Source of the DNA: Novosphingobium sp.
GTDB taxonomy: Bacteria > Pseudomonadota > Alphaproteobacteria > Sphingomonadales > Sphingomonadaceae
Length of the DNA stretch: 53,232 nucleotides
Reading direction: 5' to 3'
Assembly: GCA_019510335.1 (NCBI GenBank)
Contig: JAEKKO010000106.1
Coordinates: 1-53,232, forward strand
The notes below the pieces were generated by a model that was not told the DNA's origin, did no database searches, and saw only the letters and a list, made by a program, of their open reading frames with translations. Both the position numbers and the translations under genes were made by a program. Shown piece after piece: positions 30,078 through 40,894 of this stretch (position 1 is the first letter of the stretch; each line of letters starts with the position of its first letter).

Positions 30078-32657
30078 TCACGCCACCGTCATCGTCAACG
30101 CGCCGTCGCCTTCGTCGATCCACACCGTGCTGCCGTCGGGAATCTCGCCGCCGAGCAGCTTCTCGGCCAGCGGATCCTGCAGGTAGCGCTGGACCGCGCG
30201 CTTGAGCGGCCGGGCGCCATACACCGGGTCGTAGCCGGCCCGGCCGAGCCAGCGCTTGGCCGCGTCGGTCAGATCGAGGCGGATCTTGCGGTCCTTGAGC
30301 AGGCTCTGGACGCGCCGCACCTGAATCTCGACGATCGGGGCCATGTGTTCCTGGCCGAGGCGATGGAACAGCACGATCTCGTCAAGCCGGTTGAGGAACT
30401 CGGGCCGGAAGTGCGCCCGCACCACCTCCATCACCTGCGGCTCGACCTTGGTCACCTCCTCGCCCTCACCGAGGCTGGCGAGGAATTGGCTGCCTAGGTT
30501 CGACGTCAGGATGATCAGGGTGTTGGTGAAGTCGACCACGCGGCCCTGGCCATCGGTCAGCCGCCCGTCGTCGAGCACTTGCAGCAGCACGTTGAACACG
30601 TCCGAATGGGCTTTCTCGACCTCGTCGAACAGCACCACCTGGTAGGGCCGTCGCCGCACCGCCTCGGTCAGCACGCCGCCTTCCTCGTAGCCGACGTAGC
30701 CCGGAGGCGCGCCGATCAGCCGCGCGACCGAGTGCTTCTCCATGAACTCGCTCATGTCGATGCGGACCATCGCGTGGTCGTCGTCGAACAGGAACCCTGC
30801 CAGGGCTTTGGTCAGCTCGGTCTTGCCGACGCCGGTGGGGCCGAGGAACAGGAACGAGCCGAGCGGACGGTTGGGGTCCTGCAGCCCGGCCCGGGCGCGG
30901 CGGACGGCCTTCGAGACGGCCTCGACGGCTTGCTCCTGACCGATCACCCGCTCGCCGAGGGTTCGCTCCATGTGCAGCAGCTTCTCGCGCTCGCCTTCCA
31001 TCATCCGGTCGACCGGGATGCCGGTCCAGCGGCTGACCACGCCGGCGATGTCGTCGGCGGTGACTTCCTCGCGCAACAGCGCGGTCTGCGCCTGTCCCTG
31101 GGCTTCGGCGAGCTGACGCTCGAGCTCGGGGATGCGGCCATAGGCGAGCTCGCCGGCGCGCTGGTACTCGCCGTTGCGCTGGGCCTGCTCGAGCTCGATC
31201 CGGGCCTGGTCGAGCTGCTCCTTGAGCTTGCCCTCGGCGGCGATCTTGTCGCGTTCGTTCTGCCAGCGCGTGGTCAGCTCGGACGACTGCTGCTCGAGAT
31301 TGGCGAGCTCTTCACGTAATGCCGCGAGGCGGTCCTTGGAGGCCTGGTCGGTCTCCTTCGACAGCGCCATCTCCTCGATCTTGAGCTGGATGATCCGGCG
31401 GTCGAGGTTCTCGATCTCCTCGGGCTTGCTCTCGACTTCCATGCGGATGCGGCTCGCCGCCTCATCCATCAGGTCGATCGCCTTGTCGGGGAGAAATCGG
31501 TCCGAGATGTAGCGGTTCGACAGCGTCGCCGCGGCGACGATCGCGCCGTCGGTGATGCGCACCCCATGGTGCAGCTCGTAGCGGTCCTTGAGCCCGCGCA
31601 GGATCGAGATCGTGTCCTCGACGCTCGGCTCGCCGACGAACACCGGCTGGAAGCGCCGCTGCAGCGCCGGGTCCTTCTCGACGTGCTTCTGGTACTCGTC
31701 GAGGGTGGTTGCGCCGATGCAGTGGAGCTCACCGCGGGCGAGCGCCGGCTTGAGCAGGTTCGAGGCGTCCATCGCCCCCTCGCTCTTCCCTGCGCCGATC
31801 AGCGTGTGCATCTCGTCGATGAACAGGATGATCTCGCCTTCGGCGCCTTTGACCTCGTCGAGCACGGCCTTGAGCCGCTCCTCGAACTCGCCGCGGTACT
31901 TGGCCCCGGCGATCAGCGAGCCCATGTCGAGCGCCATCAGCCGGCGGTCCTTGAGGCTCTCGGGCACGTCGCCATTGGCGATGCGCAGCGCCAGGCCTTC
32001 AACGATGGCGGTCTTGCCGACGCCCGGGTCGCCGATCAGCGCCGGATTGTTCTTGGTCCGGCGGGCGAGGATCTGGACGGTGCGGCGGATCTCCTCGTCG
32101 CGCCCGATGACCGGGTCGAGCTTGCCTTCGCGCGCCGCCTCGGTGAGGTCGCGCGCGTACTTCTTCATCGCCTCGTAGCTTTCCTCGGCCGATGCCGAAT
32201 CGGCCCGCCGCCCGCCGCGCAGCTCGCCGATCGCCGCCTCGAGCGCCTGCGGCGTGACATTGGCGGCCTTGAGCGCCTGCCCGGCAGCGGTCGTCGTGGC
32301 GAGCGCCAGAGCAACCAGGATCCGCTCGACCGTGACGAAGCTGTCGCCCGATTTCTGCGCGATCTGCTCGGCCTGGTCGAGCACGCGCACGGCGTCGTTG
32401 TCGAGACCCGGGGTCGCCTGGGCGCCACCGCCGGACACCGCCGGAATCTTGGCGAGCGCGCGATCGACCTCGTCGGCGGCGAATTTCGGGTTGCCGCCGG
32501 CGCGCTGGATCAGCCCCGCGGCCATGCCCTCGCCGTCCTCGAGCAGCGCCTTCAACAGGTGCTCGGGACTGATCCGCTGGTGGTTCATGCGGATCGCGAC
32601 GGTCTGCGCCGACTGCAGGAAGCCCTTGGCGCGGTCGGTGAATTTCTCGAGATTCAT
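30078..32657 (-). CDS. clpB: ATP-dependent chaperone ClpB
   Basis: MNLEKFT start with AGGAGG RBS, two AAA+ modules ([16 protein letters not shown]), coiled-coil middle domain, GARPLKR. Confidence 0.97.
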   Translation of the reverse strand: MNLEKFTDRAKGFLQSAQTVAIRMNHQRISPEHLLKALLEDGEGMAAGLIQRAGGNPKFAADEVDRALAKIPAVSGGGAQATPGLDNDAVRVLDQAEQIAQKSGDSFVTVERILVALALATTTAAGQALKAANVTPQALEAAIGELRGGRRADSASAEESYEAMKKYARDLTEAAREGKLDPVIGRDEEIRRTVQILARRTKNNPALIGDPGVGKTAIVEGLALRIANGDVPESLKDRRLMALDMGSLIAGAKYRGEFEERLKAVLDEVKGAEGEIILFIDEMHTLIGAGKSEGAMDASNLLKPALARGELHCIGATTLDEYQKHVEKDPALQRRFQPVFVGEPSVEDTISILRGLKDRYELHHGVRITDGAIVAAATLSNRYISDRFLPDKAIDLMDEAASRIRMEVESKPEEIENLDRRIIQLKIEEMALSKETDQASKDRLAALREELANLEQQSSELTTRWQNERDKIAAEGKLKEQLDQARIELEQAQRNGEYQRAGELAYGRIPELERQLAEAQGQAQTALLREEVTADDIAGVVSRWTGIPVDRMMEGEREKLLHMERTLGERVIGQEQAVEAVSKAVRRARAGLQDPNRPLGSFLFLGPTGVGKTELTKALAGFLFDDDHAMVRIDMSEFMEKHSVARLIGAPPGYVGYEEGGVLTEAVRRRPYQVVLFDEVEKAHSDVFNVLLQVLDDGRLTDGQGRVVDFTNTLIILTSNLGSQFLASLGEGEEVTKVEPQVMEVVRAHFRPEFLNRLDEIVLFHRLGQEHMAPIVEIQVRRVQSLLKDRKIRLDLTDAAKRWLGRAGYDPVYGARPLKRAVQRYLQDPLAEKLLGGEIPDGSTVWIDEGDGALTMTVA

Positions 32658-32689
32658 CGGGTGCATCTCCTCCTGACGGGCCGGAGATA

Positions 32690-32709
32690 GTGTTGCGATT
32701 GTGCAACAC
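32690..32709. promoter_or_regulatory. Inverted repeat GTGTTGC-N6-GCAACAC over the putative clpB promoter
   Basis: Perfect 7-bp arms, 33-52 nt upstream of the clpB ATG. Confidence 0.55.
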
Positions 32710-32742
32710 AATAGGTAAGTCGCCGGAGCGCCGAGAGTTTTT

Positions 32743-33303
32743 TCAGGCGCGTCCGGTGGTGTTGGCCAGCAGCGCCGGATCGACTCCTTCGGCTCGCCAG
32801 GTTGCTGCCCACCGGGTCTCGGCGGGAGTGCCGAACAGCAGCTCGGGCCGACCCTGCGCGGCGTACCAGCCGTGGCGGCGCATCTCTCCGTCGAGCTGGC
32901 CAGCGCCCCAGCCGGCATAGCCGAGGGCGATCAGCCAGCGCTCGGGACCCCCGCCGGCGGCGATTTCGCGCAGCAGATCGAGCGAGGCCGATAACGCCCA
33001 GCCATCGCCGACCTTGATGGTTTCGCCATCGGACCATTCCGGAGAATGGAGGACGAAACCGCGGCTGGGCTCGACCGGACCGCCGTGGTGGACCGGGCAA
33101 TCGGGCGCTTGGCCGGGCTCGATCCCGACGTTCTCGAGCAGCTCGTGGAAGTTGAGGCCGGAGCGCACGTGACCGATGCCGATCCCGAGCGCGCCGTTCT
33201 CGTCGTGGACGCACATCGCGATCACGGCGCGGGCGAAGCGCGGATCGGCCATGCCGGGCATCGCCAGCAGCAGCCGTCCCGTCAGGTATTCCGCTTCGCT
33301 CAT
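32743..33303 (-). CDS. YqgE/AlgH family protein (UPF0301)
   Basis: [39 protein letters not shown]. Confidence 0.92.
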   Translation of the reverse strand: MSEAEYLTGRLLLAMPGMADPRFARAVIAMCVHDENGALGIGIGHVRSGLNFHELLENVGIEPGQAPDCPVHHGGPVEPSRGFVLHSPEWSDGETIKVGDGWALSASLDLLREIAAGGGPERWLIALGYAGWGAGQLDGEMRRHGWYAAQGRPELLFGTPAETRWAATWRAEGVDPALLANTTGRA

Positions 33304-33383
33304 CGCCGCACCGTAGAACAGGACCGCGGCGAATTGAACTCGCCAGTGCGGCACGCGGAGCGAGCCACGCGATGGACGGCGGC

Positions 33384-34652
33384 TCAGCCGACGGCGAGGC
33401 GCGGCTGGAACTCGTGGGCGCCGCTGCGGCGCTCGGCAACGCGGATGCAGTTCTTGCCCGCCTGCTTGGCTAGATACAGGGCGTTGTCGGCCATCGGGAT
33501 GACGTCGATCGCATTGGCCGAAGTATCGGGAACGCAAGCGATCCCGAACGACGCGCTGATCGGCACGCCGTGGGCTTCGGTCAGGCCCTCGATCCGCGCC
33601 CGCAACATTTCCGCTTTGGGCCGGGCATCGTCGAGCGCGCAGCTCGGTAGGATGACGACCAGCTCCTCGCCGCCGTAGCGGGCGATCACGTCGGACGGGC
33701 GCAAGGCGCCGACCAGCTGGGCGGCGACGTCGCGCAGCACCGCATCGCCCTTGGCGTGGCCGTTTTCGTCGTTGAGCCGCTTGAAGTTGTCGAGATCGAT
33801 CATGATCACCGAGGTGGCGGTGCTGGAGCGCTCGCCCAGGCTGACGAACCGCTCGAGCGCGTCTTCCATGTAACGGCGATTGTATAGCCCGGTCAGCGGA
33901 TCGCGCAGTGACTGCGTCCGCAGCTTCTCGCGAAGAGCGATGTTCGACAGCGCCAGCGACATCGAATCGCCAAGCGCCTGACCGATCCGGCGCACCCCGG
34001 ACAGGCGCTCGGCGGCGCCTTCGGCCGGCGTGGCGAGGATCAGCAGGCCATAGACCGCGCCCTTGGCGATCATCGGCAGCTCGAGCGTGGCGACGCTGCC
34101 GAGGTGGTGCATGCAGCACAGCGTTGCCGCGCCGCGGTCGTTGACGTGCGCCTTGCCGCGCTTCAGCGCCCAACAGTTGGACGGCAGCAGGCTCTCGGGC
34201 GCGGAGAATTGTTCGTCGCCATTCCAGGCGAGGGCGAGGTCGAGCCGGTCGCGCGAGTTGTTGAAGACGTAAAGCGCGCCGCCGTACCCCGGCAGCAGGC
34301 GCATGCTCGTCGCCATCAGCACCGCGGCGGCATCGTCGTAGCCGTCGGCGCTTTGCAGCATGTCGGTCATCGCGAAAAGCTCTTCGGTCTGCTGGCGCGC
34401 ATCGCGGGCATCAGCGACCATCCCCGCCCGTTCGACTTGCTCCGCATGGGCCTTGTGGCTGAGGGTCAGACCAAGGAGGAGCCCGGTCGTCATCACCGCC
34501 ACCGCAAACGCCGCGGCCATGCGCACGAGGTGCTCGGGGCCGAACAGCGCCAGAGCCGTGATCACGCAGGCGAGCCCGTGGATGGTGTGGAATGCCACCC
34601 GCCAGAGGCGCGCGCGAGCACTGTCCGTAGACAGGATGTCGTTGTGGTTCAT
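33384..34652 (-). CDS. Membrane-anchored GAF-GGDEF diguanylate cyclase
   Basis: Two N-terminal TM segments, GAF (CWALKRG), DPLTGLYNRR, DLDNFK.LND..GH..GD, RPSD I-site, RYGGEEL. Confidence 0.9.
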   Translation of the reverse strand: MNHNDILSTDSARARLWRVAFHTIHGLACVITALALFGPEHLVRMAAAFAVAVMTTGLLLGLTLSHKAHAEQVERAGMVADARDARQQTEELFAMTDMLQSADGYDDAAAVLMATSMRLLPGYGGALYVFNNSRDRLDLALAWNGDEQFSAPESLLPSNCWALKRGKAHVNDRGAATLCCMHHLGSVATLELPMIAKGAVYGLLILATPAEGAAERLSGVRRIGQALGDSMSLALSNIALREKLRTQSLRDPLTGLYNRRYMEDALERFVSLGERSSTATSVIMIDLDNFKRLNDENGHAKGDAVLRDVAAQLVGALRPSDVIARYGGEELVVILPSCALDDARPKAEMLRARIEGLTEAHGVPISASFGIACVPDTSANAIDVIPMADNALYLAKQAGKNCIRVAERRSGAHEFQPRLAVG

Positions 34653-34776
34653 TTGGCCCCCCGGCCTCTCCGAGAGTTTGCGCTAGCGGGTCGCGATGAA
34701 ATTTCGTTTAAGGCGGCCTAAGTAGCTCCCCGACGGCGATGCAGATTCCGCTCGCCGGCCACATCGAACGGATCCG

Positions 34777-37695
34777 ATGTCCCGTTTCCTGCGCCCCCTT
34801 CAGCTCACCGTCTGCCTGGCCGCCCTGAACCTCGCCATTCCGGCGCCCGCGCAACCTGCGGCCGCCACCGTTCAGCCCGCTCCGCTCGCCGAGCTGGTCA
34901 AGGCCGTCGATATCCCGTTCGAGACGTTCACCCTCCCCAATGGCCTCAGGGTGATCGTCCACACCGACCGCAAGGCGCCGATCGTCGGGGTGACCACTTA
35001 CTACCGCGTCGGCTCCAAGAACGAGCCGCGCGGCCGCACCGGCTTCGCGCACTTGTACGAGCATTTGTTCTTCGGCGGCTCGGAGAACGTGCCCAGCTTC
35101 GACGTCCCGCTCGAGGCGGCCGGGTCGGTGCCGACCAACGGCTCGACCTGGTACGACCGCACCAATTACGTCGAGACGGTGCCCAAGGGCGCGCTCGAGC
35201 TGGCGCTGTTCGAAGAGAGCGACCGCATGGGCCACCTGATGGGTGCGCTCAGCCAGGACAAGCTCGACAAGCAGCGCGGCGTCGTCGAGAACGAGAAGCG
35301 CCAGGACGACAACGAGCCTTACGGCCTTGCCGGCTATGCGATCGGCGAAGGACTGTTCCCGGTTGGCCATCCCTATCGCCACACGGCGATCGGCTCGATG
35401 GCCGACATCGACGCGGCCACCCTGCCCGACGTGCGGCAGTGGTACCGCGACCACTACGCCCCCAATAACGCCATCCTCGTCCTGACCGGCGACATCGACG
35501 TGGCGGCCGCCCGCCCGCTGGTCGAGAAGTACTATGGCGACATCGGAGCCGGGCCGCGGGTGCAGCCGGTTTCGGCCGCCCTGGTCACCCTCGCCGCGCC
35601 CGCCAAGCGCCAGATGACCGACCAGGTCTCGACCACCCGGCTCTACCGCGCGTGGAGCGGCCCCGGCATCAACGATCGCGATGCCGTGGCGCTCGACGTC
35701 GGCATGCGCGTGCTCGGCGGCCTTGCCAGCTCGAGGCTCGACAATGCGCTGGTCCGCGGCAGCCAGCTCGCCGTCGGAGTCACCGCCGAGGACGAGCAGC
35801 ACGAGGAAGTCAGCTTTCTCACCGCGACCATGGACATCAAGCCCGGCGTCGACCGCGCTGCGGCCGAGGCCCGCTTCGACGGGCTGATCCGCGACTTTGT
35901 CCGCACCGGCCCGACCGTCGACGAGCTCCGCCGCGCCGCCACCCAAGCGGTCAGCGGTGAGATCTCCGCGCTCGAGCAGGTTGGAGGGATGGGCGGCAAG
36001 GGTGCGACGCTGGCCGAAGGGCTGCTTTATTCGGGCGATCCGGCGCACTACAAGAAGGAGCTCGAGGAGACCGCCCGGCTGACCCCGGCCGACGTTCGCG
36101 CTGCCCTGCAGCGGTGGCTGAGCCGCCCGGCCTTCGCGCTGGCGGTCGTCCCCGGACAGCGAACCGAGAACGGCGCGAAGATGGGCGGCTGGGGCGACGA
36201 GGCCACCACCCCCGCCCGTCCGGCCGATCCGCACCTGCCGGTCCCTCCGATCCCGCCCGGGCCGAAGCGCACGCCGCCGGTGGTGGCGGATGTCGCCGCG
36301 CTGACGTTTCCGAAGGTCGAGCGGGCGCGGCTCAGCAACGGCATTCCGGTTGCCCTCGCCCGCCGGACCGCGGTGCCGACGGTGCTGGTCAGCCTCGAGT
36401 TCGACGCGGGCTATGCCGCCGATACCCCAAGCACGGCGGGAACCCAGTCGCTGATGATGGGCATGCTCGACGAGGGCACCGCCACCCGCGACGCCACCGC
36501 GATTCGCGAGGAGGAAGAACGCCTCGGCGCCACGATCACGGCTGGGGCGGGCCTGGATGCGAGCTCCGTCACGATGAGCGCGCTGACCCCCAACCTCGCG
36601 CCGTCGCTGGCGCTGATGACGGAGCTCGTGCGCCATCCGGCGTTCGCCCCGAGCGAAGTCGCCCGGGTCAAGGCGCAGCGCCTCGCCGAACTCGCCGAAG
36701 TCGAGAACGCGCCGCAGCAGCTGGCGATGCGGACGCTCCCGCCACTGCTGTTCGGCCCAGGCCATCCCTACGGCATGCCTGGCGATGGACTCGGCACGAT
36801 CGGCTCGGTCACCGCGTTGACGCCGGCCGCGCTGCGCACCGCCCACGACACCTGGCTGCGCCCCGACCTCGCCCGGATCACCGTCGTCGGCGACATCACC
36901 ATGGATCGGCTGTTGCCGCTACTGGAGCAGGCGTACGGCCAGTGGGCCCCGCCGCCCGGACCGCGGCCGGTCAAGCGCCTCGATGCCCCCGTGCCAGCCC
37001 CGCGCAGCCGCATCGTCGTGCTCGACCGCCCCGGCGCGCCGCAGTCCGTCATTGTCGCCGGCCGCGTGCTGCCGCTGACCGGGCGCGACCAGGGCCACGA
37101 ATCTCTCGACCTCGCCAACGAGGTGCTCGGCAATGGCTTCCTCTCGCGTCTCAACATGGACTTGCGCGAGGAGAAAGGCTGGACTTACGGCGTCAGCAGC
37201 GGGGTGCGCCAGCCGCTCGGTCCGCGCACGTTCCTGGTCCTCTCGCCTGTCCAGACCGACAAGACCGGCGACGCGCTGAAGGAACTGCTCGCCGACATGC
37301 GCGCCTTCCCGACGGCCAAGCCGGTCACGCCCGAGGAAGTCGCCCGCGTCACTCTCGGCGACGTGCGGCGGCTGCCGAACCGCTTCGAGACGAACGCGGA
37401 AGTGCTGCAGGCGATCATTCAGAACCAGCGCCTCGGCCGCCCCGACGACTATTACGCAACGCTCCCGGCGCTCTATCGCGCGATTGGCGCCCAGGCGCTC
37501 GATGCGGCGGCCCGCCAGTACCTCCAGCCGGACGGGCTCACCGTCGTGGTGGTCGGCGACCGCAAGCAGATCGCGCCTCAGCTCGCCGGTCTCGCGCTGC
37601 CCGTCGAATACCGCGCCGCGCCCGCGCCCCCGGTTGACGGAGCCGCCGCAAGGCCCGAAACACCACCACCGACACAGGAGGGGCCGAGATCATGA
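34777..37695 (+). CDS. Exported M16-family zinc peptidase (pitrilysin/PqqL-like)
   Basis: Signal peptide, HLYEH (HxxEH), NGST..DRTNY, SRLN..LREEKGWTYG. Confidence 0.92.
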   Translation: MSRFLRPLQLTVCLAALNLAIPAPAQPAAATVQPAPLAELVKAVDIPFETFTLPNGLRVIVHTDRKAPIVGVTTYYRVGSKNEPRGRTGFAHLYEHLFFGGSENVPSFDVPLEAAGSVPTNGSTWYDRTNYVETVPKGALELALFEESDRMGHLMGALSQDKLDKQRGVVENEKRQDDNEPYGLAGYAIGEGLFPVGHPYRHTAIGSMADIDAATLPDVRQWYRDHYAPNNAILVLTGDIDVAAARPLVEKYYGDIGAGPRVQPVSAALVTLAAPAKRQMTDQVSTTRLYRAWSGPGINDRDAVALDVGMRVLGGLASSRLDNALVRGSQLAVGVTAEDEQHEEVSFLTATMDIKPGVDRAAAEARFDGLIRDFVRTGPTVDELRRAATQAVSGEISALEQVGGMGGKGATLAEGLLYSGDPAHYKKELEETARLTPADVRAALQRWLSRPAFALAVVPGQRTENGAKMGGWGDEATTPARPADPHLPVPPIPPGPKRTPPVVADVAALTFPKVERARLSNGIPVALARRTAVPTVLVSLEFDAGYAADTPSTAGTQSLMMGMLDEGTATRDATAIREEEERLGATITAGAGLDASSVTMSALTPNLAPSLALMTELVRHPAFAPSEVARVKAQRLAELAEVENAPQQLAMRTLPPLLFGPGHPYGMPGDGLGTIGSVTALTPAALRTAHDTWLRPDLARITVVGDITMDRLLPLLEQAYGQWAPPPGPRPVKRLDAPVPAPRSRIVVLDRPGAPQSVIVAGRVLPLTGRDQGHESLDLANEVLGNGFLSRLNMDLREEKGWTYGVSSGVRQPLGPRTFLVLSPVQTDKTGDALKELLADMRAFPTAKPVTPEEVARVTLGDVRRLPNRFETNAEVLQAIIQNQRLGRPDDYYATLPALYRAIGAQALDAAARQYLQPDGLTVVVVGDRKQIAPQLAGLALPVEYRAAPAPPVDGAAARPETPPPTQEGPRS

Positions 37696-37994
37696 CGACC
37701 GTTGCGGGCACCTACGAGTGCGTCACCAAGACCCCGATGGGCGACCAGAAGAGCACGTTCACGGTCAACGTCGACGGCGACCGTTTCACCGGCAGCAACT
37801 CGGGCCCGCTCGGCACGATGGAAGTCACCGACGGCCACGTCGACGGCAATCGCCTGACCTGGAAGATGGACATGAAGGTGCCGATGCCGATGACCCTCGA
37901 GTGCGAGGCGACCGTCGACGGCAATGCGCTGACGGGCCAGGTGCGTGCGGGCGCGTTCGGCACGATGGCGATGAGCGGGACGCGAGTGGCGTAG
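37692..37994 (+). CDS. Small beta-rich hypothetical protein
   Basis: AGGAGG RBS, ATGA overlap with the peptidase stop, alternating beta-strand pattern. Confidence 0.75.
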   Translation: MTTVAGTYECVTKTPMGDQKSTFTVNVDGDRFTGSNSGPLGTMEVTDGHVDGNRLTWKMDMKVPMPMTLECEATVDGNALTGQVRAGAFGTMAMSGTRVA

Positions 37995-38084
37995 GAACGC
38001 AGCCCTGCTGAGACAACCGCCCCCTTGCGTGCCGATGACGATTGCGCTGCTCGGCTAATTGGTGCCGGGCCTGGACACCACGTT

Positions 38085-38207
38085 GTCGGCTTCTTCACGC
38101 CGCTGAAGGGGCTGGGCATCTGGATCGGTCTGGCGATCGTCGTCGTCGCCGGTTCGCTCCTGCACCGCTGGAGCCGCCGCGCCCGCCTTGGCCTGCTACC
38201 GGACTGA
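38085..38207 (+). pseudogene. Probable C-terminal remnant of a MATE-family transporter
   Basis: GFFTPLKGLGIWIGLAIVVVAGSLLHRWSRRARLGLLPD* resembles the last TM and tail of NorM-type MATE proteins; no credible upstream coding sequence. Confidence 0.45.
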
Positions 38208-38231
38208 CGCATTTTTTGTTGCCGCGCACCG

Positions 38232-38260
38232 CTTGACGCCTACCTGCAAGCCGCCCATAT
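38232..38260 (+). promoter_or_regulatory. RpoH (sigma32)-like promoter of groESL
   Basis: CTTGAC -35 and CCCATAT -10 directly upstream of CIRCE. Confidence 0.65.
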
Positions 38261-38268
38261 GCGGGCCG

Positions 38269-38295
38269 CTGGCACTCTCACCCCGGGAGTGCCAA
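38269..38295 (+). promoter_or_regulatory. CIRCE element (HrcA operator)
   Basis: CTGGCACTC-N9-GAGTGCCAA versus consensus TTAGCACTC-N9-GAGTGCTAA, upstream of groES. Confidence 0.9.
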
Positions 38296-38327
38296 TTTCA
38301 TAACCAACCTGCAGAGAGGTAGCTCCT

Positions 38328-38642
38328 ATGACTTTCCGTCCGCTGCACGACCGCGTTCTGGTCCGTCGCGTCGAAGCCGAAGAAAAGACGGCCGGCGGGA
38401 TCATCATTCCCGACACCGCCAAGGAAAAGCCGCAAGAGGGAGAAGTGATCTCCGTCGGCGCCGGCACCCGCGATGAATCCGGCAAGCTCGTCCCTCTCGA
38501 CGTCAAGGCCGGCGATCGCATCCTGTTCGGCAAATGGTCGGGCACCGAGGTCCGCCTCGAAGGCGAGGACCTTCTGATCATGAAGGAAAGCGACATTCTC
38601 GGCATCGTCGAGACCACCAGCGCAGCCCGCAAGGCCGCCTGA
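38328..38642 (+). CDS. groES: Co-chaperonin GroES
   Basis: [36 protein letters not shown]. Confidence 0.98.
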   Translation: MTFRPLHDRVLVRRVEAEEKTAGGIIIPDTAKEKPQEGEVISVGAGTRDESGKLVPLDVKAGDRILFGKWSGTEVRLEGEDLLIMKESDILGIVETTSAARKAA

Positions 38643-38679
38643 GTCGTCGCTCTCTCATCCACTCCAAACAAGGGATTAA

Positions 38680-40332
<1,653 letters not shown>

Positions 40333-40359
40333 GTCCACACCCCAAGTCGTAAAGAAATC

Positions 40360-40393
40360 GGGCCGGGGGAGCGATCCCCCGGCCCTTTTCTTT
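40360..40393 (+). terminator. Intrinsic terminator of groESL
   Basis: gggccggggga-GCGA-tcccccggccc followed by ttttcttt. Confidence 0.9.
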
Positions 40394-40418
40394 GGCACCA
40401 GAGCCGCGCTCGTCCGTT
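40394..40418 (+). promoter_or_regulatory. EcfG/sigma-T-like promoter candidate
   Basis: GGCAC-N17-GTT, one mismatch to GGAAC-N17-GTT, 35 nt upstream of the ATG at 40453. Confidence 0.4.
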
Positions 40419-40452
40419 GTTTCCCGGCACAGGACCGAGGAGGAACGGACCG

Positions 40453-40857
40453 ATGCGGCTTCCCGCCAATGCCCATGTCGCGGTCGTCGATGGCGAGCGC
40501 TTCCTGCTCATGCGCAACTGCGGCACCACCGCCGAGCCGAAGCTGGAGCTCGAGGCCGAGCCATCGCTCGAGGAAACCAACAAGAGCGCCGGCCAGCGCG
40601 AGCATGAAAGCGAGCATCGCCGCTGGGGCGAGCCGCACGACCGGGCTGCCCATGCCGCCGCCGTCGCCGAGTGGCTCAACCATCAGGTCCTGACCCACCG
40701 CATCGAGCAGCTGCTGGTGGTCGCCGATCCCGAAACGCTCGGCGAGATGCGGCGCCACTATCACAAGCAGACCGAAGCCGCGCTGGCCGGCGAGGTTCAC
40801 AAGCAACTGACCGGCATGCCCGGTCCCGACATACTCAAGGCGGTCGTCGCTGCTTGA
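40453..40857 (+). CDS. Host attachment family protein (baeRF12-like, aeRF1-fold)
   Basis: GAGGAGG RBS, HVAVVDGERFLLMRN, LLVVADPETLGEMR, GEVHKQLT. Confidence 0.8.
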   Translation: MRLPANAHVAVVDGERFLLMRNCGTTAEPKLELEAEPSLEETNKSAGQREHESEHRRWGEPHDRAAHAAAVAEWLNHQVLTHRIEQLLVVADPETLGEMRRHYHKQTEAALAGEVHKQLTGMPGPDILKAVVAA

Positions 40858-40894
40858 ACGCGCGATCCGCCGCTGGCTCGAAAGGCTGCTGGGG

